Below, piece by piece: positions 30,276 to 38,785 of a DNA stretch of 64,000 nt (positions are counted from its first letter, which is position 1; every line of letters begins with the position of its first letter). Where the stretch lies: contig JBDTZG010000003.1 of the NCBI GenBank assembly GCA_040005235.1, positions 32,001 to 96,000 on the forward strand. The letters run 5' to 3'. This DNA is from Acidobacteriota bacterium. Lineage in GTDB: Bacteria > Acidobacteriota > Thermoanaerobaculia > Multivoradales > UBA5704. The position numbers and the translations under genes were made by a program. The notes beneath the pieces are model-generated. The model was given only the letters and a program-made list of their open reading frames with translations, did not search any database and was not told the DNA's origin.

Positions 30276-30537
30276 CGCCGCCGTGGCGGCGGCCGCATTC
30301 GCCCACCGGGACTCGCTGAGCGATTGCGCCGCCGACAGATCGGCTGGCATCACGCCATTGGTTCCGCCGAGGCGGACGACCATGGGGCTCGTTCCGTTCG
30401 TCCTCGCCACCTGCGGCAAGGCGGGAGCGACCTGAATACAGGATCCCGTCAAAGTTGCCAGACGCGATGTCGGCAGGCCCCTACATAGGACAGGTTCCTG
30501 GCAAACGCCGCCGGCGTCTGCGCTATCCTCACCGCAC

Positions 30538-30999
30538 GTGAAACGCCTCATCGTCTACGGCCTGGCGGGCGGCGCGCTGCTCGCGCTGCTCAAGGTCATC
30601 GAGTACAAGCACTTCGTCCACGCCTACCCGACCGAAATCTACGGCGGCCTGGTGGCGGCGATCTTCTCCGCCCTGGGGGTATACCTCGGGTTGCGGTGGA
30701 CCCGCGCGCGGGAGGTGGTGGTGATCCACGAGGTGCGCGTCCCCCACGAGGTGCGCGTTCCGGTGGGCGGGCAGTTCGCCCTTGATGCCGAGAAGCTCAA
30801 GCAGGTCGGCATCACCCCGCGCGAGCACGAGATTCTCGGCCTGATCGCGGAGGGCTTGAGCAACCGGGAGATCGGCGAGCGGCTGTTCGTGTCGGAGAAC
30901 ACGGTGAAGACCCACTCCTCCCGGCTGTTCGAGAAGCTGGTGGTGAAGCGCCGGGTTCAGGCGGTCCTCAAAGGTCGGGAGCTGGGATTGATCCCATGA
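30538..30999 (+). CDS. Membrane-anchored LuxR-type HTH regulator
   Basis: Two N-terminal TMs, then ITPREHEILGLIAEGLSNREIGERLFVSENTVKTH; internal HEVRVP duplication. Confidence 0.9.
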   Translation: MKRLIVYGLAGGALLALLKVIEYKHFVHAYPTEIYGGLVAAIFSALGVYLGLRWTRAREVVVIHEVRVPHEVRVPVGGQFALDAEKLKQVGITPREHEILGLIAEGLSNREIGERLFVSENTVKTHSSRLFEKLVVKRRVQAVLKGRELGLIP

Positions 31000-31019
31000 C
31001 CCCCTGGCCATCGCCGGGG

Positions 31020-31073
31020 TCATCGAAAGGATGATTTCGGCCCTCTCCCCCAAATATCACCCGAAAGTAGGAC
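31020..31073. promoter_or_regulatory. Putative tandem LuxR-type operator boxes
   Basis: TCATCGAAAGGATGA (31020-31034) and ATCACCCGAAAGTAGGAC (31056-31073) between the regulator and the DUF4199 gene. Confidence 0.45.
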
Positions 31074-31127
31074 GCGCCGGATGCCATCGGGAGGCCAGGA
31101 TGCGGGCCAACCCAAGGAGGAAGTGAC

Positions 31128-31679
31128 ATGAAAAAAATCGTGCTCCGCTACGGACTTTTCGCAGGCGCCATCCTGGCGGCGTTGGTGGCTACGGTGGCTT
31201 TTGGGGTGCCGTTCAGCTCCGGCAACTTCGAGCACAGCGAGATCTTCGGCTACAGCTCGATGGTCCTGGCGTTCCTGTTGGTCTTCTTCGGCGTCCGGTC
31301 GTACCGCGAAAATGTCGGCAATGGCGCGATCGGCTTCGGCAAGGCGCTCCAGGTCGGCCTACTGATCGTGCTGATCGCCTGCGCGATGTACGTGATCTCC
31401 TGGGAGATCACCTATTTCAACTTCGTCCCGGACTTCCTGGACAAATACAACGCCCACATGCTCGACAAGATGCGGGCCGAGGGCAAGAGCGCAGCGGCGA
31501 TAGAGGAAGCGACCGTGAAAATGGCCAGCATGGCCAAGCAATACCAAAACCCGCTGTTCAACAGCGCCATCACCTTCATGGAGGTCTTCCCCGTCGGCCT
31601 GATCATGGCGCTGGTCTCCGCAGCGATTCTGCGCAAGAAACCCCGCCTCGACGTACCGGCTGAGGCCGGCATGGCCTGA
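31128..31679 (+). CDS. DUF4199-like membrane protein
   Basis: MKKIVLRYGL, GYSSMVLAF, FFGVRSYRE, FVPDFLDKY; RBS AAGGAGG. Confidence 0.85.
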   Translation: MKKIVLRYGLFAGAILAALVATVAFGVPFSSGNFEHSEIFGYSSMVLAFLLVFFGVRSYRENVGNGAIGFGKALQVGLLIVLIACAMYVISWEITYFNFVPDFLDKYNAHMLDKMRAEGKSAAAIEEATVKMASMAKQYQNPLFNSAITFMEVFPVGLIMALVSAAILRKKPRLDVPAEAGMA

Positions 31680-31783
31680 CCCGAGCGCGGTGCCCTCGAC
31701 GGCTTTCGCCGAGGCCACCGCGGTTGACACCCCCATCGAACCGACGCCAGGATTAGGCGATCCTTCAAAGAAAGGGTGGGACC

Positions 31784-32542
31784 ATGATTCCAGCGCGGGT
31801 AAAGGTGCGCCTCCAGGCGCGCGGCGGAAAGATCCTCGGACCGGCGACCGAGCAGCCCCTCCTCACGGTCAAGGATCTGATCCGGAGAGAGACGCTGATC
31901 ACCGACGAGAAGTTCAACAAAGAGGCCTCGGGCACGGTCGTGCCGGCGTCGCCGTTCAAAGAGAACTTCTCGAGAAACGCGCTCGTCGTCGAGCCGCCGG
32001 CGATCCCCGCGTATCCGACCCCCGGGCCCTATTGGTTGGAACCACCGGTCGGCGAGGGTGAGTTGATCGTGAAGCTGAACCTCACCGAGCCGTCCTTGCT
32101 CGAGTTCACGGCGTCCGCGTTCTCTCCCGATCGGGTGTTCGCGTCGGCGACGATGTGGGTATTGCCCGAAATGCAACTTCTGGACGATCCTGGCCTGGTG
32201 CTGACCATCGCGGGTTTGTACACCACGGTGACGGCGTCCGCCATGGGCAGTAAGGTGACCATCAACGCGCACGTGGAAATGATGTGCGGCTGCCCGATCA
32301 CGGCGCCGCCCCCGCCGCCGGAAACGGAGCTTTTCTGGCCGTCGAGCGAATTTAAGGTGACGGCAGAAATCCGCCCGCGAGACGGCCGGGACAACCTACC
32401 CGTCGATCTCACCTGCACGGCCACGAGCACTTTTACCGGCTCGGCGGACCTGCAGCGCGGGACGTTCGACGTGTGGCTGGTGGCGGTGCAGGCCAAAGAG
32501 ACGAACGTCGGATTCGCCAAAACTACAGTGACGGTGACGTAA
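31784..32542 (+). CDS. Hypothetical beta-rich protein with MMCGCPI motif
   Basis: Clean GC3 bias; RBS-like AAAGGGTGG; no signal peptide seen. Confidence 0.7.
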   Translation: MIPARVKVRLQARGGKILGPATEQPLLTVKDLIRRETLITDEKFNKEASGTVVPASPFKENFSRNALVVEPPAIPAYPTPGPYWLEPPVGEGELIVKLNLTEPSLLEFTASAFSPDRVFASATMWVLPEMQLLDDPGLVLTIAGLYTTVTASAMGSKVTINAHVEMMCGCPITAPPPPPETELFWPSSEFKVTAEIRPRDGRDNLPVDLTCTATSTFTGSADLQRGTFDVWLVAVQAKETNVGFAKTTVTVT

Positions 32543-32555
32543 GGCCGGGGCGCCC

Positions 32556-34142
32556 TCAGCCGGGAAGACGCGAAATCGCTTCCCGGCGCAGCACATGCCC
32601 CGGTTTGGCGCCGGTCGCGGCACCGCCGGCAAAGACCGCCCGGCCGTTCACCCACACCCGTTCGATGCCGGCGGAGAGAGCGTGCGGTTCGGTCGTGGTG
32701 GCCCGGTCGATCACCTTGCCCGGATCGAACAGGACCAGATCGGCAAAGGCACCGGGCACGAGACGGCCGCGGTCTTGGATCCCGACGTGGTCGGCGGCGA
32801 GCGAGGTCATCTTGCGCACCGCCTCCTCCAAGCCGAGCACTCCCTTCTCCCGCACGTAACGCCCGAGGACGCGCGGATAGGAACCAAAACCGCGCGGGTG
32901 GCTGCCGTCGAGCTGGCCGTCGGTGCAGAGATTGGTGTGCGGCCAGGCCAGGAGCTTTTCGAGGTCACCGTCGATCATGCTGGTGGCGATGACGTTTTCG
33001 ACCCCTTCCTTCCCCTGGCGGCGGAGCGCCTCGGCGTCGCGGATGAGGGCGATGAGCGTCACCTCGGGCGCTTCGCCGCGCTCTTTCGCGATCTCGGCCA
33101 CGGTATGGCCGGCATAGGCCGGGTGCGGCAGATAGCCGCCGAGCAGCAGGCCGTCGGCCGGCGCGATCTCGGCGAGCACCTGGCGGGCTTCCTTCAGGTT
33201 CTCAAAATCGCGGTCCGGGAAGAGCACCGTGAGCGACGAGTGCCAATAAAGATAAGGATAGATGTCGGCCGTGACGTCGATCCCTTGGGAGCGCGCCTGG
33301 TCGAGCAGCGCGATCAGCCGGGGCGCCTGGCCCCAGAGGTTCCGCATCGCGAGCTTGACGTGGGAGATCTGCACCGGGAGCTTCGCCTCGCGGCCGATCG
33401 CGAGGATCTCGTCGATCGCCTCCCAGAACTTGCGGTCCTCGCTGCGGATGTGGCTGATGTAGCGGCCGCCATAGCGCGCGGCGACTCGGGCGAGGTCGAT
33501 CAGCTCGCCGCGGGACGAATAGATGCCGGGATCGTATTCAAGCCCGGAGGAGAGCCCGAGCGCTCCGGCCGCCATGTCCTGTTCGAGCAGCTTCGACATC
33601 TTGTCGATTTCGGCGGCCGTCGCGACACGGCGGAAATCTTCGCCGAGCACCTTGTCGCGCAGCGTGCCGTGCCCCGAGTAGGAGGCGACGTTGATCGCCG
33701 CCGGGGATTTTTCCAGCCGCGCGAAATAGTCGCCGAGCGGAAAGAACGAATCACCGTCCTGCCCGCCGACTACCGTGGTGATCCCCTGGCTCACCGCACC
33801 GAGTGCCTCCGGAATCTCGAACAGGTCCCCCGTGGCGTGGGAATGCGTATCGATGAACCCGGGCGCGAGCACCAGCCCTTTGGCGTCGAACACCTCTTCA
33901 CCCGGCAGCGGCGCCACGTCGCCCACCGCGACGATGCGGTCGCCGACGATCCGCAGGCTCCCCGACCGTCCGGGCACTCCGGTACCATCGATCAACCGGG
34001 CGTTGACGATCCGAAGCGGCTCGGCCTCGGCGGGCCGTTCGGCCGGTTCGACCCCGCCGGATGCGGTCAAGGGCGGCTCGCCAGCTCCGACGAGAGCGCG
34101 GAAAGCGAGCAGCGCGACCACGAAAGCGCCGATTCGACCCAT
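32556..34142 (-). CDS. Secreted N-acyl-D-amino-acid deacylase (amidohydrolase)
   Basis: LAPGFIDTHSH, QGITTVVGGQDG, YISHIRSE, QISHVK, HPRGFGSYPRVLG. Confidence 0.9.
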   Translation of the reverse strand: MGRIGAFVVALLAFRALVGAGEPPLTASGGVEPAERPAEAEPLRIVNARLIDGTGVPGRSGSLRIVGDRIVAVGDVAPLPGEEVFDAKGLVLAPGFIDTHSHATGDLFEIPEALGAVSQGITTVVGGQDGDSFFPLGDYFARLEKSPAAINVASYSGHGTLRDKVLGEDFRRVATAAEIDKMSKLLEQDMAAGALGLSSGLEYDPGIYSSRGELIDLARVAARYGGRYISHIRSEDRKFWEAIDEILAIGREAKLPVQISHVKLAMRNLWGQAPRLIALLDQARSQGIDVTADIYPYLYWHSSLTVLFPDRDFENLKEARQVLAEIAPADGLLLGGYLPHPAYAGHTVAEIAKERGEAPEVTLIALIRDAEALRRQGKEGVENVIATSMIDGDLEKLLAWPHTNLCTDGQLDGSHPRGFGSYPRVLGRYVREKGVLGLEEAVRKMTSLAADHVGIQDRGRLVPGAFADLVLFDPGKVIDRATTTEPHALSAGIERVWVNGRAVFAGGAATGAKPGHVLRREAISRLPG

Positions 34143-34208
34143 GGGGTTCAAGGTGTAAGCGAGGCGAGAACCGCTTCGAGAAGTCCGAGCTCGGCAGGCA
34201 CCCGCGGC

Positions 34209-34313
34209 TCGCTCGGCCGAAAGTCCGATTCTGCCGCCGGCCGGAGTGAACTTCGCCGCGTTCTTGAGCTGGTGGAGCTCTTCGTTCTCACCTGGCTCGT
34301 CGGCCGTCCGCAC
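34209..34313 (-). pseudogene. Internally deleted sensor histidine kinase remnant
   Basis: Reads VRTADEPGENEELHQLKNAAKFTPAGGRIGLSAER; NAAKFT..GG.I is the HATPase N-box; lies just after kaiB. Confidence 0.6.
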
Positions 34314-34318
34314 CCTGT

Positions 34319-34648
34319 TCAGCCCCGGCGAGGCCGCAACTGCAGGCCGACCAGGGTCCGCTCGGTATCCGAGAGATCGCCGATGATGCGGCGAATCGGG
34401 TCGGGCAGCTTGCGCACGAGGGTCGGGATGGCGAGGATCTGATCGTCGCGAGCCAGTTTCGGGTTCACCAGCAGGTCGATGACCTCGATCCGGTAGTGCC
34501 CGGCGAGGTGCTCCTCGCACAGCCGTTTCAGGTTGCTGAAGGCGGCGATCGACTTGGGGGTCTGCCCGGCAACGTAGAGCCGAAGCTCCCAGACCTCTGT
34601 CGGGTCGGGGTTCTCAGAGGAGAGATTCGGTTCCAAGGCGGTCGGCAT
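34319..34648 (-). CDS. kaiB: Circadian clock KaiB-family protein
   Basis: [43 protein letters not shown]. Confidence 0.95.
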   Translation of the reverse strand: MPTALEPNLSSENPDPTEVWELRLYVAGQTPKSIAAFSNLKRLCEEHLAGHYRIEVIDLLVNPKLARDDQILAIPTLVRKLPDPIRRIIGDLSDTERTLVGLQLRPRRG

Positions 34649-34666
34649 GATCGTTCTCAATATATC

Positions 34667-36400
34667 TCAAAGTAACTTGGTGCCAATGCCTTGACGGTCG
34701 GCGCCCCGGCGGTGCGCCATGCGCTCGCGGTCGCCCACCGCGATCCGTTCCGCCTCCTCATTGTCCAGGGCGATCCGCCGCGATTCCTCCTCGACCGCTT
34801 CCGCATCGGTGCGCAGGGCCGCGATCTGCGCTTCGAGCGTCACGCGGCGGCGCTCCAGCTCGCGCTGCCGCCGCTCGGCCTCCTGCTTCCTCGTCACCCC
34901 TCCGGCCTGCTCGCGCGCTTCCTGAGCGGCCCGAAGAGAGCCGGTCAGAACACCCTCCGATCCGACATAGACGTCGAGGAGATCGATGCCCTGGTGGGTT
35001 AGACGGAACTCACGGATCTGGTTCGAGTGCTCCATACCCCGGGATTTGAGCACGTAGAGGCCCCGATTGCGCTCGCCGCCCGCCTCGATATGGCGCACCA
35101 GAACCCAGGTATCGACCAGGGAGGAGATCTCCGCCTCGGACCGTTCGAGCGCGCCACCGCCGGAGGTCAGGCTGACCAGGAAGGCAGTGATCCCCTCGGA
35201 CTTGAGGAAGTCGATCAGGCGCACGAGCATCGCCTGCACCTCGACCTCCGCGCCCACGGCGCTGAAGGAGGTGAGCGGATCGATGACCACGACCTGGGGC
35301 CGCCATTCGCGGACGAGCTTGTGGATCGCGACCAGATGCGATTCGAGGCCATGGAGCGAAGGCCGGGCGGATTCGATGCGCAACAGGTCCCGGTCGAGCC
35401 ACCGAGCCAGGTTGATACCGATCGAGCGCATGTTGCGGACGATCTGATGCGCCGATTCCTCGAACGAGAGATAGAGGCACCGCTCTCCGCGCGCGCACGC
35501 GCTGTCCACGAAAGAGACGGCGAGGCTGGACTTACCGGTGCCCGCCATGCCGCTGACCATGATGCTGCTGCCCCGGAAGTAGCCGAGTCCGCCGAGCATG
35601 GCGTCGAGCCGCGGGACTCCCGACGAGATCCGCTCGGCGCTGGCGGCATAATTGAGCCCCATCGAGGTCACCGGCAGCACGGAGATGCCGGTCTCGTCGA
35701 TCAGGAACGGATATTCGTTCGTTCCGTGAACGGTGCCGCGGTATTTGACAATTCGCAGACGGCGGGTCGAAAGCTGGCCGTTGACCCGGTGGTCGAGCAG
35801 GATGACGCAGTCGGCGACGTACTCCTCCAGACCGTGTCGGGTCAGTTGGCCGTCGCCGCGCTCGCCGGTGATCACCGTGGTCATTCCCCGGTCCTTGAGC
35901 CAGCGAAAGAGGCGCCGCAACTCGGAACGCAGGATCGCGTCGTCCGACAGTCCGCCGAACAGGTTCTCGATCGTGTCCAGGACGACGCGCCGAGCGCCGA
36001 TGGAGTCGATGGCCAGCCCGAGGCGGATGAACAGGCCTTCGAGATCGTATTCTCCCGTCTCCTCGATCTGGCTGCGCTCGACGTGAATGGCTTCGACGAG
36101 GAACTTGCCCTCCGCTTCGAGAATGTCGAGGTCGAAACCGAGCGAGCGGACGTTCTGCGTCAGCTCCGCGGCGGTCTCCTCGAAGCTCACGAATACCCCG
36201 GGCTCACCGTGCTCGACCGCGCCGCGGACCAGGAACTCCATGGCGAGCAGCGTCTTGCCGCAGCCGGCGCTGCCGCAGACCAGCGTCGGCCGGCCGCGCG
36301 GCAGCCCCCCGCCGGTAATCTCGTCGAGCCCGCGGATGCCGGTCGCCGCCTTCGGCAGCTCGCGGGACGGCGAGCTGTCACGTTCCAGGGGTTCGCTCAT
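34667..36400 (-). CDS. kaiC: KaiC (KaiC2-like) double ATPase with C-terminal coiled coil
   Basis: Walker A GSAGCGKT and GMAGTGKS; FEE pairs; ISSLVD at the phosphosite position; ~70-aa charged helical tail. Confidence 0.95.
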   Translation of the reverse strand: MSEPLERDSSPSRELPKAATGIRGLDEITGGGLPRGRPTLVCGSAGCGKTLLAMEFLVRGAVEHGEPGVFVSFEETAAELTQNVRSLGFDLDILEAEGKFLVEAIHVERSQIEETGEYDLEGLFIRLGLAIDSIGARRVVLDTIENLFGGLSDDAILRSELRRLFRWLKDRGMTTVITGERGDGQLTRHGLEEYVADCVILLDHRVNGQLSTRRLRIVKYRGTVHGTNEYPFLIDETGISVLPVTSMGLNYAASAERISSGVPRLDAMLGGLGYFRGSSIMVSGMAGTGKSSLAVSFVDSACARGERCLYLSFEESAHQIVRNMRSIGINLARWLDRDLLRIESARPSLHGLESHLVAIHKLVREWRPQVVVIDPLTSFSAVGAEVEVQAMLVRLIDFLKSEGITAFLVSLTSGGGALERSEAEISSLVDTWVLVRHIEAGGERNRGLYVLKSRGMEHSNQIREFRLTHQGIDLLDVYVGSEGVLTGSLRAAQEAREQAGGVTRKQEAERRQRELERRRVTLEAQIAALRTDAEAVEEESRRIALDNEEAERIAVGDRERMAHRRGADRQGIGTKLL

Positions 36401-36488
36401 GGGGTGAAATCTCTAGTAGCCATCATCGAAGTCCGGATCGGCGAAAATTCCGTGGATCTGTGCAAAATAGTTCAAATGCCTGTCGCCG

Positions 36489-38006
36489 TCAAAAATCACC
36501 CTGCCGCCCTGTCGCTAAGGGAAACCGCGCCGCGATCCAGTCGCCGATGATTCCAAGAGCCTCGGGGGAGAACGTCTCCTCGATCGTGCCGTACTCTTCG
36601 ATGCCGCCGGTCTGGGCATGCTGGAACAGGTGATTGAGGCCGGGAAGGATGCGCTCCTCGTGCGTAGGATTCTTGGCGGCGGACAGTGCGGCGCGCACGG
36701 CATTGGCGTTCACTTCCGGGTCCACCTGGAGATCCTTTCCTCCGAACAGGGAGAGGACCGGAATCTTCAACTTTCGTAGGTAGATCCCCGGATCTTGGAC
36801 GATCAGCGACCGGAACCAGGCGGTCGTCGAAACGCGGATCGAGCGCTCGATCGCCGCGGCGTCTACCCCGAGCTTCGCGCGTTCCTCGTCGGTGAACTGC
36901 TTTCTGCGGACCTCCGCGAGCGCCCGCAACCGCTCTAGCAGCTTGTCGGTCGGGATCTTGGAATCCGCGATCAAGTCGAGGTCCTCTGCCTGGGTCGCGA
37001 GCACTCGATCGATCAGCTTCTCGTCGAGCCCTTGGAGGCGGAGGAGGGCCCGGCCCTGGCGTACCAGCAGCGACCGCAGGGTCTCTCCCGGCGGGGCGAG
37101 GAGAACGAGGAAGTCCACGGACGGATCGGCTGCCGGAGTCACCGCGCCGACCGCCGCCACCGCGACCATCGGCCCGATTAAGCCCCCCTCGCTGTGGCCG
37201 ACGATGCCGACCGCGTGGCCTGCCACCTCGGGGCGCGACCGTAGATAGGCTACGGCGGCCCGCGCGTCGGCCGCGAAATCGTCCACCGTAGAGCCGAAGT
37301 GGTCGCCCCCCGAGGCGCCGGCCCCCCGATCATCCCAGCGGAGCGAAGCGATGCCGCGGCGGGCCAAGGCGTCGGCAATTACCAGGAACGGCTTGTGGCT
37401 CAGCAGCGACTCGTCCCGGTCCTGCGGTCCGGAGCCGCTGACCATGGCCACGGCGGGGAACGGCCCCTTCCCCTCGGGAACGAGGAGAGTCCCGGCCAGG
37501 CGAACCTTTCCCGCGTCGCTTTCGAACGTGACGTCGAGGCTCCGGTAGGGAAACGGCGCCTTCGGCAACTGTGGCCGGTTGAGGGCAAACGCCTGCTTCT
37601 GCCGCTCGAAGGTGAGCGGCAGCATCTGCCCCCCTTGCGACCACACGCCCGTAATAGCGCCCCCTTCGGCGTTCAGAGTGCCCTGATAGGAGCCGGCGAT
37701 CGCCGGGATCGAAAGCTTGAGCGTGCGGTTCTCGAACGACACTTCGCCGACGGGGATCTTCGCCCCCTGGTCGATGCTGTCGAGAATCGCGGTCAAACCG
37801 CCGTCGGTCTTTTTGTCGATGCGCAGCCCGAGGCGAAGGCTTACCGCCCCCACCTTGAGCGCTCCCAGCCAATCTCCGGCTATTTCGTCGCCGGTAGCTG
37901 CCTTCTCCGGAGCGGCGGGAGCTTCGGCAAGAGCCGATGGAATCGTCGCGAGCAGGGCGAACGCCGTCGCCAGACACGGCAAGAGCTTGGATCGGAACAC
38001 TTTCAT
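36489..38006 (-). CDS. Secreted alpha/beta hydrolase
   Basis: SGSGPQDRD, WDDRG, GHSEGG, GGKDLQV, GLNHLFQ; signal peptide. Confidence 0.9.
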   Translation of the reverse strand: MKVFRSKLLPCLATAFALLATIPSALAEAPAAPEKAATGDEIAGDWLGALKVGAVSLRLGLRIDKKTDGGLTAILDSIDQGAKIPVGEVSFENRTLKLSIPAIAGSYQGTLNAEGGAITGVWSQGGQMLPLTFERQKQAFALNRPQLPKAPFPYRSLDVTFESDAGKVRLAGTLLVPEGKGPFPAVAMVSGSGPQDRDESLLSHKPFLVIADALARRGIASLRWDDRGAGASGGDHFGSTVDDFAADARAAVAYLRSRPEVAGHAVGIVGHSEGGLIGPMVAVAAVGAVTPAADPSVDFLVLLAPPGETLRSLLVRQGRALLRLQGLDEKLIDRVLATQAEDLDLIADSKIPTDKLLERLRALAEVRRKQFTDEERAKLGVDAAAIERSIRVSTTAWFRSLIVQDPGIYLRKLKIPVLSLFGGKDLQVDPEVNANAVRAALSAAKNPTHEERILPGLNHLFQHAQTGGIEEYGTIEETFSPEALGIIGDWIAARFPLATGRQGDF

Positions 38007-38016
38007 CTTCATCTCC

Positions 38017-38217
38017 TTAAGTGTTGGTTTCCGGATCGAAGAGATCTTCGATCGGCATCTTGAACAGTCCCGCGATGCGAAAAGCGAGCGGCAGACTGGG
38101 GTCATATTTGCCGATCTCGATCGCGTTGACCGTCTGGCGCGAGACCTCCAGCCGTTGCGCCAGATCGGCCTGCGTCCAATCGCGCTCGGCGCGCAGCACC
38201 TTCAGCCGGTTCTTCAC
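38017..38217 (-). CDS. XRE-family HTH regulator
   Basis: KNRLKVLRAERDWTQADLAQRLEVSRQTVNAIEIGKYDPSLPLAF; GTGA overlap with the upstream gene. Confidence 0.93.
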   Translation of the reverse strand: MKNRLKVLRAERDWTQADLAQRLEVSRQTVNAIEIGKYDPSLPLAFRIAGLFKMPIEDLFDPETNT

Positions 38218-38636
38218 GAGTACCTCCGGTACCCGAGCATCACGGCCAAGGGATGGATGAGGATCATGGCGACGAAAAGAAAGGCGAAGTCCTTGACCTC
38301 CACAGCGCCGCTCACCGCCAGAAGCCAAAACGACAAGCCCCCGAACACGCCGACCCCGAAGGCGAGCGCAAGCGCTTCGACCTCGATCTTGCGCCGCAGC
38401 TCGTCGGTTTCACGAAGGAACATCCGGTACGCCAGAACGGTCGCCAGGCCGAGGAGCGCGGTGCCGATCACCGCCGCAAAGGTCACCCCGGAGGACCACC
38501 ACTCTTTCTTGATCCCCAGCGTGGCGGCGGCGAAAGAGAGCGCCCAGGCCAGAGCCCAGATCGTGACGCGCCACCGATTTCGTCGATCCCGCTGTCGGCC
38601 CGAAGTGCCGCGGGAAGAGTCATCGTTCGTATTCAC
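38214..38636 (-). CDS. Four-TM membrane protein coupled to the XRE regulator
   Basis: 4 hydrophobic segments, DELRRKIEVEAL motif; RBS AAGGAGG. Confidence 0.8.
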   Translation of the reverse strand: MNTNDDSSRGTSGRQRDRRNRWRVTIWALAWALSFAAATLGIKKEWWSSGVTFAAVIGTALLGLATVLAYRMFLRETDELRRKIEVEALALAFGVGVFGGLSFWLLAVSGAVEVKDFAFLFVAMILIHPLAVMLGYRRYS

Positions 38637-38659
38637 AGGCGTTGCCTCCTTGTCTTAGA

Positions 38660-38722
38660 GTCAAGATTACTTGACACGACGAACGGTACAGCGTCCTTTT
38701 CTCCGTGTCAAGCGTGCTTGTC
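38660..38722 (-). promoter_or_regulatory. Sigma70 promoter flanked by two palindromic operators (probably XRE)
   Basis: Minus strand TTGACA-17 bp-TACCGT; GTCAAG-ATTA-CTTGAC (38660-38675) and GTCAAG-CGTG-CTTGTC (38707-38722). Confidence 0.65.
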
Positions 38723-38785
38723 CAGAAAGAATGACGAGAAGACGGTGAATGAGGTAAAGCTAGCGTGCGATAACCTCCGGATCCT

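Noticed and set aside
32556-34520. 654-aa deacylase including an N-terminal extension overlapping kaiB
   Set aside because: The signal peptide starts at 34142; the upstream frame is an alternative frame of kaiB plus a kinase remnant.
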